A stretch of 36,551 bases of DNA from Macrostomum lignano (Eukaryota): NCBI GenBank assembly GCA_002269645.1, contig NIVC01003927.1:1-36551 (forward strand), given 5' to 3'. The notes beneath the pieces were generated by a model. That model was not told where the DNA came from. It was given only the letters and a program-made list of their open reading frames with translations, and did no database searches. A program made the position numbers and the translations under genes. Each line of letters opens with the position of its first letter. Position 1 is the stretch's first letter. Below are positions 1 to 11,788 of the stretch, piece after piece.

Positions 1-262
1 TTGAGAAATTGATGGAATGACGGAGAGGAGAGGCGCCCGGCTGTTCCACGGCAGAGGGGGCCGAGAGTCGCGGGACTTCAGCCCTCGAATTTCCAGCATC
101 CTCCCTCAGCGCCCACGCCTCATCTGTCCGAGGGCACACGATGGGAGCGAAGCGAAAGCCCAACATACGGACGGATACAAACTGGGTGGGATTAGTGGTT
201 TCGCTTTTCCTGTGTGCTTGAGTTGCCACGGGCACAAAGACAAAAAGTTCCGCAGCAGCCTG

Positions 263-2256
<1,994 letters not shown>

Positions 2257-3110
2257 ATGATATCGCTTTATCCGCATTTTACTGTGATCTATCATTTATC
2301 AGAAATTTCAGAAACATCAGAAAAGGCTATGCTTGCAATCTGTCAAAAAAGATGCCAGCTATAAATCATCCGCAATGCCTCTCAGTCTCCGGCCCCATCA
2401 AAACCAGAGGGCGGAGCACTAAGGGGTCGCAGCGAGGCTGAGGCCCGGGCAAAAAATCGAGTTAGCAATGCAAAGCGCAACGCCTTCTAGCTCACGAGGC
2501 TCGGCCTAAATACGAGTAAGAAGCTGCGAGCGCCTTCGCCTTCATCATCTACTTTGCCCCCCCCTCTCCCCTGTTCTCAGCATCCCTTCAGTGCCCATTA
2601 TTTCTCTAATTATACTATAGGCCGCTCCCCACGTGGCCCCTCTGTTGCTAAGGCAGATGAAGCAAAGCAGATTTTCTCCGAGTTAGAAAAAAATAAAGTT
2701 GCGGAAGCAAGCGCTGAAGGCTCCTCCAAGGTGGAGGGCCTGGCGGGGAGCGGCACCCGATCCTAAGCCGATTAGCAAGAATTCTTTGCGAAAAGACTGC
2801 TTAAATTCTTCCTCACAAATTGGAACTCTTTGAAACTGATTTGCTAAATTTAAATGGTTCGAGACTGTACACCCTGTGTGAGCGTCTGCGTGCCTGCCTA
2901 CAGTATTGGCGCTTGTACGCTTTTATGTGATCAGAAGTCAGCGTAAAGGGCTGTGGACGATGTCATCCAGTCGTTGCGCCAGGTGCCCCACAGCCGTCTT
3001 GCAATTATTATTTTATTATTAAACATCTTTCAGCCTACTTCCAGTAGGAAGCAAGGAATATACTTTAAAGGAAGGAGCCTGACCTCAATTTTCAAGGAAT
3101 GCATGTAGAA

Positions 3111-3410
3111 CAGGGGTTGCAGCCTAGTGGTTAGAGCGTCGGACTAGCGATTTGAAGGTCGGGGGTTCGATTCCCGATCCCACTGGAAAAAATAGTGTCC
3201 TTGAGCAAGACACTTAACTCTGCATTGCTTCAGTTCACCCAGATGTAAAATGGGTGCCAGCATTAGCTGGGGTAATTGAGGGTGTTGGCGACCCCCAGTC
3301 CTTGGACTGAACAGCCGTACGCAGCCTTCAGATGCGCGCGCAATAGCTGCGGCTGAGCTGTCGGTTGCACAGCTGGCCCAAATAGGGCAGGTGTAATCAA
3401 TTATTATCAA
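3111..3410 (+). mobile_element. tRNA-derived SINE with CORE-like central domain
   Basis: The tRNA-like head has an A box (TAGTGGTTAGAGC) and a B box (GGTTCGATTCC). The central GTGTCCTTGAGCAAGACACTTAAC...CAGTTCACCCAGATGTAAAATGGG resembles the MIR/CORE consensus as recalled. The tail is ATTATT. An 8-bp direct repeat ATGTAGAA flanks both sides (3103-3110 and 3411-3418). Confidence 0.85.
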
Positions 3411-3987
3411 ATGTAGAAAGCTAATTTTTTTCGCAATTTAATCGTTAAACGTGCGAAGCTTGGTGCAAAATAAAAATATTAGGTATATATTCCAGTTTTA
3501 AAGTTACTGCTGTCCTCTTATTGACCACAAATATGAATATACACATTAACTTCAGAGCATTACGCCTACAAAAACAAACAGGCCTTGACAACGGGCTTGC
3601 CAGTCCTCATAAACCATTGAGTTGCTCTGTCAATGCTGCCTTAAATAGGAGCAATTATTGCACAACTGTTTCAGTTGTCAACAAGATAATTAGCTAATTA
3701 GCTAGTTAGAACACTTTGTTATGCAGAATTTTCCTGTCTCCAAAAGCTTCTAGCTAGCTTTAATTTTGATTAATATTACACAGGAAAACAGCGTACCATT
3801 GCCATAATTACAGTCTGCAGATTTGCTCCGTAGAAAAGGTTGGAAATCAGATGGAAGGCGAGGGCTGCCGACAGTCGGGACTTTAGCCCAACTAAATTCT
3901 TTCTGCTTTCTTTATTTCTTACTTTCCTTTCTAACTTTCTCCATGTTAATCCGAGTGGCGACAACGGTGGTGGTGGGTGTCATGGGG

Positions 3988-4321
3988 TGTAGCTGGCGCC
4001 CCTTCTGTAACTGGCGCCACCTCTGTAGCTGGCGTCCCTCTGTAGCTGGCGCCCCCCTCTGTAGCTGGCGCCCCTTCTGTAGCTGGCGCCCCTTCTGTAG
4101 CTGGCGCCACCTCTGTAGCTGGCGTCCCTATTTACCTCGCGACCTTTCTGTAGCTGGCGCCCCTCTGTAGCTGGCGCCCCTTCTGTAGCTGGCGCCACCT
4201 CTGTAGCTGGCGTCCCTCTGTAGCTGGCGCCCCTTCTGTAGCTGGCGCCCCTTCTGTAGCTGGCGCCCCTCTGTAGCTGGTGTCCCTCTTTACCTGGCGA
4301 CCTTTCTGTAGCTGGCGCCCC
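3988..4321. repeat. ~19-21 bp minisatellite (CTGTAGCTGGCGCCCCTT)n
   Basis: About 15 units with core CTGGCGCC, plus two related interrupting units TTTACCT(C/G)GCGACCTTT near 4131 and 4289. Confidence 0.95.
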
Positions 4322-4821
4322 GCCTGAAGGTAGGCGGGTAAAAGGCGTAGCGTATTGTAGACCAGAACACAAAGGAAAATTACTCGATCTGTCTATTGAC
4401 TTGATTGCGCATAACTCAATTAGATGTATTTGCACAGAGTTTCTGTCACAAATTGCCTCTAGATGGTTGCTAGGTTACAAGGCATAACAATAGGGCTCAT
4501 GACTGCCTCTGTTGTACTACGTACACTGTGAGGCCTGCACAGCCCAACTGGTCGACTGTTTGACAGCCAATAACCCCAGAATCCAATTAGTCGGTGCCCA
4601 GTTATTGACTTATCCGCAGCTGCCATGCATGGCCCAAACATGGCCTAATTGGCTGAGCATCGCGGTGGATAGGGGGAGAGAAATGGGAGCAGAATGTAAC
4701 GATACAGACTGCGATCCAGTATTTCAGTCACGAAAAAGACTGCGCATACTCCAAGATTGAATTCGAGAAAACTGATACCCAATACATAGGAAATTGAAAG
4801 TTATCGAAGCAGCGACAGGCA

Positions 4822-6946
4822 ATGAAACCACAGACACCACCAAATAGCGAAAATGAAGGAGACAATTTCTTTGGTTTTGAGCTGTCCAGCCGCCTGACTG
4901 AGTGCGTGCGGTGCGATGACGTGCAGCGGATGCTGGCGGTGCTGTCTGCAGCTGGCCTCGGACCCGAACACCTCAGCGGCCATCTAAGCACCGACGCTGA
5001 GATGCAGCGATCGACTGGCTGCTGGACGAGATCCTCATCGGGCCGCACTTCATCTGCTCAGCGCTGCAGCGTCAGCTTCAGCACAATCGTTCACCTCAGC
5101 GTGTTCAGGCAGAGCTCACGGGTGCTGAGCTTCATCTCTGCTGAACAGCCTCACCTGCTCATGATGCGAGACGATTCTGGCTCAGGTGTGCTGCACTGTC
5201 TGGCGGAGGCGAGCGTGCTGCTCCGGCGGAAGAGTGCTACCGGCGGAAACACTCGCCTCTCGAGCAGTTCGACGCGTTCCAGACTCGACTGCTCTCCATG
5301 CTGAGCGACGTCGAGAGTCCGTACTCGGAGCAGCAGTGAGTCCGATATTGTGACTCATGTGTGAGTGAGCTCGAGCACTGTCTCGCAGCTAGTCATGCAG
5401 TCTCGCTCCGTTTCAGATCTGCATCGAGTCTGCTGCACTCGCTGTGTCTCATGGAGAACTCGGACGGACTGAGACCGCTGGAGTTATCTGTTCTCATCGG
5501 AGCATACTCCACATTTCAGTGCATCCTGCACGTAAAAGGCTACATTCTCAGTAAGCAGGTGAGTCACGGCATTCGAGTTCGCAACACGTTTGACCTGCGG
5601 GAGTACGATCTGATGAAGGGTGAGCGGAGGGACAAGAATCCCATGCTCATGCTCACTCTGATCTCGGCGTCGGAGGCGGATCCACTGTCGGAGTCGGGAC
5701 TGCTCGAGTGTCCCGTCATCAAGAAGTGGATGAAAGCAATTTTCTTGACATGCGCGGCACTGTGATGCTGAAAAGCATGTTTCTACCAACAATAGTGACC
5801 TATATGAGTCCTCTGACTCCGTTCATAGTTGCGGTGGCCAGCTTTGTCCAATTCGGTCACTACCTGCAGGTTGGATATCGGGAACACATTGGCTACTTGA
5901 GGTCGCAACTGCCCAGAGGTGGCTTCGGTGCCTCAAATACCAGTGCTCAAGAGCTCGCGGTGGATTTTGTGCGGTCCAGTTGCTCCTCCCTGCAAATTCT
6001 GGCTTTCCTCTCCAACAGGTCCAATCCAGACAACAACGCCGTGGTCTGTGTTTCCCCCGTTTTTTTCAACGATGTGAAGCGCTACGAGATGTTTCGGCTA
6101 CCTCTCCTGATTCCGTTGATAGTTTTGGGGTATCTGCTAGTTCAGGCTGTCATCATTGTGCACCGGACAAGGATAGTCCTCCGCAGTCCCCGATGGATGC
6201 CTCGCAGATCGAATTATCTCGTGCAGAGTCGTTTCTATGACAACGTGTTCATAATGAGCTTCATCAGTGGCCTGGTGTATGTCAGTAGCACTTTGGTTAT
6301 GCTCTGGATGCTGGACTGTTCAGACTATGTGCTGGAGCCTGCTACTGAAAACTACCGACTGCAAGTATTGTCAAGTGTCTCAGAGTGCTCCGCTGTACTA
6401 TTCATTTTCTTCAATCTGTTCAGCATCATTGAAGTGTACGAGATGATACTTAAACACGTGGCCTTCTTAGCCATATGCTTTCGCTGGATGTTGGCCAAGT
6501 TTTTAAACTCCATTCCACTGCTGTTTATCTGGGCCTACCTGGTGTTTGGCACCCTTCTGTACCTTGCCGACGTTAATGGTACCGATTTTCAATCGCATTT
6601 CGCAGTATTCTACTCACCGATGCTGTTGATTGTCAACCTGCTCCAGCTGTCGCCAAGGCTGTCTGTAATGATTTTGCACACTCTATTCGCTCTCATCGTG
6701 ACCATTAACATCCAGAACCTACTCATTGCCTACATTTTGCATGCGTTCAGTCACGTGGCAGTCAATTTCGAATTGATCTACCAGCTATCCAGCCTTAACT
6801 GCTCCTTCAAGGCGTGGAAGTTCTATTGGTTTCTGACTCGAATGCTCCGCTACTGGGCAAAGGAGGAGCAGGAGCCAAGGTACGTCCTGACCGTTTGCAG
6901 CTTGCGGCCACCTCGCAGCCGATTTTTTGACACGAACCGAAGCTGA
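4822..6946 (+). CDS. TRPV-like 6-TM cation channel, paralog 1 (two 1-nt deletions in this sequence)
   Basis: Exons 4822-5335 and 5417-6946, with an 81-nt GT-AG intron at 5336-5416. TRPV hallmarks: ankyrin motif RDDSGSGVLHCL, NSDGLRPLELS, FDLREYD linker, six hydrophobic segments and S6 QNLLIA. Restoring a G near 5262 (present in paralog 2) and a T in the TTTT run at 5740-5743 gives a continuous ~681-aa ORF colinear with paralog 2. It is either a recent pseudogene or an assembly error. Confidence 0.78.
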
Positions 6947-7150
6947 AGCGGAATAATTTTGGAAATCAGCCCAGTCTTAAACTGCATGCATCGGTCATTT
7001 TTACAGCTAACAGATGAAAATGCGATGAAAAACATATGCGGCATCTTCAATCTTTAACCTTTTATTCTGAATTATAGTATGAATACTTACACTAAAGTCA
7101 GTTAGCCGATGAAGAGGACTCCAACTACTATAGCTATGTAAGTGGTATAA

Positions 7151-7156
7151 AATAAA
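7151..7156 (+). terminator. candidate poly(A) signal AATAAA of channel paralog 1
   Basis: First AATAAA seen, ~205 nt after the stop at 6946, in AT-rich sequence. Alternatives lie at 7610-7619. Confidence 0.35.
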
Positions 7157-8003
7157 AAAAAATAAGGGCGTAATGTTTGCTAAGAGTAATAACTTGGAAA
7201 ATACACAAATATTTCTGATTACTTCAGTACATGATAAGCAATGCATTTCGACTTGTCTATAATGGCAAGAGGTTTTAAATTTATTTTTTCAAGAAGGCAA
7301 CTTGGCCCGATTGGTTTTGGATAACACGCGACCTAGAGAGAAAAAAACTATTCATAACGTTTCCGCTTTGAGTATAAAACGATTAAATCTACGGGCTCGT
7401 ACATGTATATTTATTTATTTAAATCACTAGTAAATTTCTTCTCTTTCGTGAATCTTAAAACCTTAGAACCTTAGAAAATTTATGGCTTATTTTCATCTCC
7501 ATGCACGCTACCTTATGTTACTTAGAGTTTTTTGCACTTATTAGTATTATTATTAATATAATATTTTTGATATATTTTTCATAGGCACAGTGAAGTGTAC
7601 ATGCCTAACAATAAATAAAGTCAGGGCCGCTGTACACTCCTGTGTGAGTGTGTGCCTGTGCGTATGACTGCGTACGTATCCGCGCGCTTGTGTGCCTGCT
7701 CAGGGGAGTCGGCGGAATGGGCAGCAATGCCTCTCGCCGGTTGTGTGACAATGTCGCTTACTGCCTCTAATAAAAACGGTAAATGCCCGTTCGATGCAAT
7801 GTATCCTACAAAAATAGAAAAATTTGTTTAAAGAACACTAAGACTTACTTATCCTGCTTCTGCTTTGTAATAAGCAAAATGAGGCCTTCAAACGATTTTC
7901 AATTATCTGGCATCCCCTGCTACAACCAATGGTCCATAGAACCAGCCAAAAAGTCGATAAGACTAGTTAAGGTTGTAAAAAGAATGCTTAAATTTACTAC
8001 TCA

Positions 8004-8047
8004 AATTATTGATAACACACTGAGCAAGCAGTGTGTTATCAATAATT
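8004..8047. other. perfect 19-bp inverted repeat with 6-nt loop
   Basis: AATTATTGATAACACACTG (8004-8022), loop AGCAAG, then CAGTGTGTTATCAATAATT (8029-8047). The arms are exact reverse complements. Confidence 0.95.
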
Positions 8048-8165
8048 CTCAGAAATGTAATTAAGTCGATAACGCTTCCTGGATGGCTGTGCCAACTCTG
8101 TGTGAATCGACGAGTAGAGAGCGACTCAACAAACATTTGCACTTCGGAAGCAAGAGGCAATCATT

Positions 8166-8200
8166 TATAAAGAGAGGTGGGCGGTAGCTGAAATGTAGTC
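8166..8200 (+). promoter_or_regulatory. candidate TATA box + initiator of channel paralog 2
   Basis: TATAAAG at 8166-8172 and Inr-like TAGTC with the A at 8197 (31 nt downstream). The ATG is at 8235. Confidence 0.45.
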
Positions 8201-8234
8201 AAGGGATACTCTTGAGTGCTCAGTATCCAAGACC

Positions 8235-10322
8235 ATGCCTCAAGAAGATTCAGGATTTGTCTTCGACCCTGAGCTGTCTAATCGCCTGACGGAGTGCCTG
8301 CGGTGCGATGACGTGCAGCGGATGCTGGCGGTGCTGTCTGCAGCTGGCCTCGGACCCGAACACCTCAGCGGCCATCTAAGCACCGACGCTGAGATGCAGC
8401 GATCGACTGGCTGCTGGACGAGATCCTCATCGGGCCGCACTTCATCTGCTCAGCGCTGCAGCGTCAGCTTCAGCACAATCGTTCACCTCAGCGTGCTCAG
8501 GCAGAGCTCACGGGTGCTGAGCTTCATCTCTGCTGAACAGCCTCACCTGCTCATGATGCGAGACGATTCTGGCTCAGGTGTTCTGCACTGTCTGGCGGAG
8601 GCGAGCGTGCTGCTCCGGCGGAAGAGTGCTACCGGCGGAAACACTCGCCTCTCGGAGCAGTTCGACGCGTTCCAGACTCGACTGCTCTCCATGCTAAGCG
8701 ACGTCGAGAGTCCGTACTCGGAGCAGCAGTGAGTCCGATATTGTGTCTCATGTGTGAGTGAGCTCGAGCACTGTCTCGCAGCTGGTCATGCAGTCTCGCT
8801 CCGTTTCAGATCTGCATCGAGTCTGCTGCACTCGCTGTGTCTCATGGAGAACTCGGACGGACTGAGACCGCTGGAGTTATCTGTTCTCATCGGAGCATAC
8901 TCCACATTTCAGTGCATCCTGCACGTAAAAGGCTACATTCTCAGTAAGCAGGTGAGTCACGGCATTCGAGTTCGCAACACGTTTGACCTGCGGGAGTACG
9001 ATCTGATGAAGGGTGAGCGGAGGGACAAGAATCCCATGCTCATGCTCACTCTGATCTCGGCGTCGGAGGCGGATCCACTGTCGGAGTCGGGACTGCTCGA
9101 GTGTCCTGTTATCAAGAAGTGGATGAAAGCAGTTGTTAGCGAGATGTCCTGCGCCATGTACATGCACAGAGCAGCCATTGTCATATTCACTTTGATCTTC
9201 TCTCCCATTACATTTTCGTTCGGGACCATATCCGCGATGCTGTGCGGCGGCTACCAGCTTCAGTTGGGGTTCTCCGAGTTCACCCAATATATGCGGTCGC
9301 TGATTAATGGCTCGCTGTCCAACGGGTCCTCAACCGAGGAATTCATTCGGCATGGCTGCCAGCCAGAAAACCTATTCCGCTTCCTGATCACGGATCTAAA
9401 TCCCGCGAACAGCCGTGTGCTGCTCCGGTCTCCAGTTTTCTTTACGCGGGTCACCCGGTCCAACATCATTGCAAATCTCATCAGCGTCCTGATCCTCTTA
9501 GCAATATTTCAGGCCTTTAGACTGGTCACCATTGTTTACAACGTTGTCAAAGATCGACAGTTCTATTCATCCCGATGGATGCCTGCCTCCAAGTCCGATT
9601 TTGTAGTTCAGTCGCACTTCTATGACGCAGTGTACGCGCTGTGCTTTGCAACGGGTCTGATCTATATAGTCTTGGCCAGCTTGTTGAGCAGATTCCTAGA
9701 CTGCTCAGCTCTTGTCCTGGGCATTTCCAGCGGCACTTTCTGGCTGTCGGTGCTAACGCAGTCCGCTGAGTGCTCGGCTGTTTTGTACTTCTTCTTCAAC
9801 ATGTTCGGCCTATTTGAGGCCTACGAAATGGCAGTGAAGCAGGCGGCTTTTCTCAGCATCTGCTTCCGGAAGATGTTGGTGAACTTCCTGCTGGTACTGC
9901 CGCTGCTGCTAGTCTGGGCCTACCTGGTGTTCGGCACCCTGCTCTACATGACAGACTTTCGAGGCCAGGAGTTCAGCTCGCATCGTCACGTGCTGTACTC
10001 CCCGCTTCGGCTGATTATTAACACGGCCAACCTGCCGCACCGGCTGTCTACCAGCCTTCTGCACACGCTGTTCGTTATCAGCGTGAGCATCAGCGTGCAG
10101 AACTTCATCATTGGCTACATTGTGAGCGCGTTCAAAGAGGTTTCGTCAAAATTTGACATTGTATACCATTTGAGCGGCTTGGATGCCGCCTTGCGCACCT
10201 GGCGTCTCTACCCGGGTCTGCTCAGGGTGGTGCATCTGTGCAAGAGTAGCCGGAGTCCATTCTGTAAGAGACCGAGCAGCACTGCAATCCGGGTGTGGAA
10301 TCTTCGACCAACGGCCGGATAA
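8235..10322 (+). CDS. TRPV-like 6-TM cation channel, paralog 2 (intact, ~668 aa)
   Basis: Exons 8235-8728 and 8810-10322 total 2007 nt. The 81-nt intron 8729-8809 (GTGAGT...CTCGCTCCGTTTCAG) joins the two track ORFs in frame. Ankyrin repeats, the NSDGLRPLELS/FDLREYD linker, S1-S6, the S4-S5 motif YEM...FLSICFRKML and S6 QNFIIG align by eye to TRPV5/6, OSM-9 and Iav family motifs. Confidence 0.88.
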
Positions 10323-10583
10323 GATAGTAGATATTAAAGTGGTTTTTTGTGGTTTTTTATGCAATTCCTTTCTTCCTTTTTCGACCAGCATGACTGCTGT
10401 GTTCTTTGAAGATTTACCAAGAGAATGGCGTGTTCCGTTCATCAACTAAGCTCGCAGTGCCATGAAAAATGCATTGTGCATTCATGTAACCCATCAATGT
10501 TAACTTTAGCTCGTACCGACCTATTGATATCGTTGAAATTTCTGTAAGACCGACCGTCTGATCATTTTTTCCAGCCGTTCTAC

Positions 10584-10638
10584 AATAAATATTTGAGATG
10601 AATCGATTGTATCGTGACGATAACTTTGCTTTAATAAA
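10584..10638 (+). terminator. candidate poly(A) signals of paralog 2 (AATAAA at 10584 and 10633)
   Basis: Two canonical hexamers 260-310 nt after the stop. The second overlaps a minus-strand ATTAAA (10635-10630). Confidence 0.4.
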
Positions 10639-11345
10639 ATGAAAAAACTATATTATCCAAGAGTACTTATCGGTAGACATTACGGCACTACTTTCAATAG
10701 AGTGTGCAGTGTATTTACAGAAATCTATAAACGCAAAGCATATAGCAGCAGGGTTAGATAAGTTCCGGATTTTGCCACCAAATGTAGGCGTAACCGAGAA
10801 AACGAGTCGCAAGCGCATGCCCTTTAAAATAATTGCTTTTTCATAGCGGATAGAGGGATCGCGGCGTAATTATAAGTAATAATTGATGGATAAGTATTTA
10901 TGCGTATAGCATTATAGAAGTTTGCACGCAAGAGATATATAAACACTTATTAGCATCGATTTAGTGGTGGTTTCGCTACCTCTGTCGCAACTTTGCGACC
11001 AACCAGAGACAGAGACGCGAGCAGAAGTACATGATAAGGTCATTGTCTGCGTTGCTTTGGAGTGACTGCAGCGAAACAAGCGCTGAGACACTGCCCGGGA
11101 GGGGAAATAGAATCTGAGTTGCTAGACAAACGTATAACAAGTGTCGAATGAGAAAGGATATTACACAGGCGGGAACTGGTTTTGCATTGACAGACAAATT
11201 CATTGCTTTTCGCGGTAGCTCGGTTTGCTGCTTAATGTTTAACGGTCGATTTTTGAAACGCGCTGGCTTGCTTTTCTGACGAGTCAGTTTCTAGCACTTG
11301 CTTTAGAGTGTTTTAAGAGGAGTAACGCGGCCCTTTAAAGTGAGT

Positions 11346-11575
11346 TCCACCGGGGTGCCAGTGTCGAACAGTGTCAGTGTGTCTACCAGGGTGCCAGTGT
11401 CGAACAGTGTCAGTGTGTCCACCGGGGTGTCAGTGTGTCTACCAGGGTGTCAGTGTGTCTACCAGGGTGTTTGTGTCTATCAGAGTGTCAGTGCCTCTAC
11501 CGCGGCATGTCAGAATCTCTTCTGGAGTGTCAGCGCATCCACAGGAGTGTCAGTGCATCGGAAGGAGTGTCAGCG
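11346..11575. repeat. degenerate CAGTGT-based tandem repeat downstream of the Post2 stop (probable 3' UTR)
   Basis: Units such as CCACCGGGGTGCCAGTGTCGAACAGTGTCAGTGTGT are repeated and decay toward 11575. Confidence 0.8.
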
Positions 11576-11788
11576 TCTCCACAAGTGTTGGATAGATACA
11601 TGGGTACAGATTTTCCGGGACCAAAATGGGATACCAAAGGTCGCAGTCTCTCTAGAGTCTGACACCCGATCGATATTTTCAGCTTGGCTTCCCCTATGGA
11701 TTCCCTTCTGAGCAGCAAATCAAAGAAGCAGCAGCTTCCTCTGCGCGGATTCTGCTAGGAAGAATAATCGATTGATTCGGGTCGAGCG

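Noticed and set aside
3113-3181. Functional tRNA gene
   Set aside because: The acceptor and anticodon stems are imperfect, and it continues into a SINE body with TSDs.
4811-4821. Trans-splice acceptors just upstream of the channel ATGs (also AG at 8222-8223), implying an operon
   Set aside because: The pyrimidine tracts are weak, and paralog 2 has its own TATA/Inr candidate.
8730-8732. In-frame TGA between the two channel ORFs (also 5337-5339) as selenocysteine or readthrough
   Set aside because: It is part of a canonical GTGAGT donor. An 81-nt GT-AG intron with a pyrimidine tract removes it in frame and improves the TRPV alignment.
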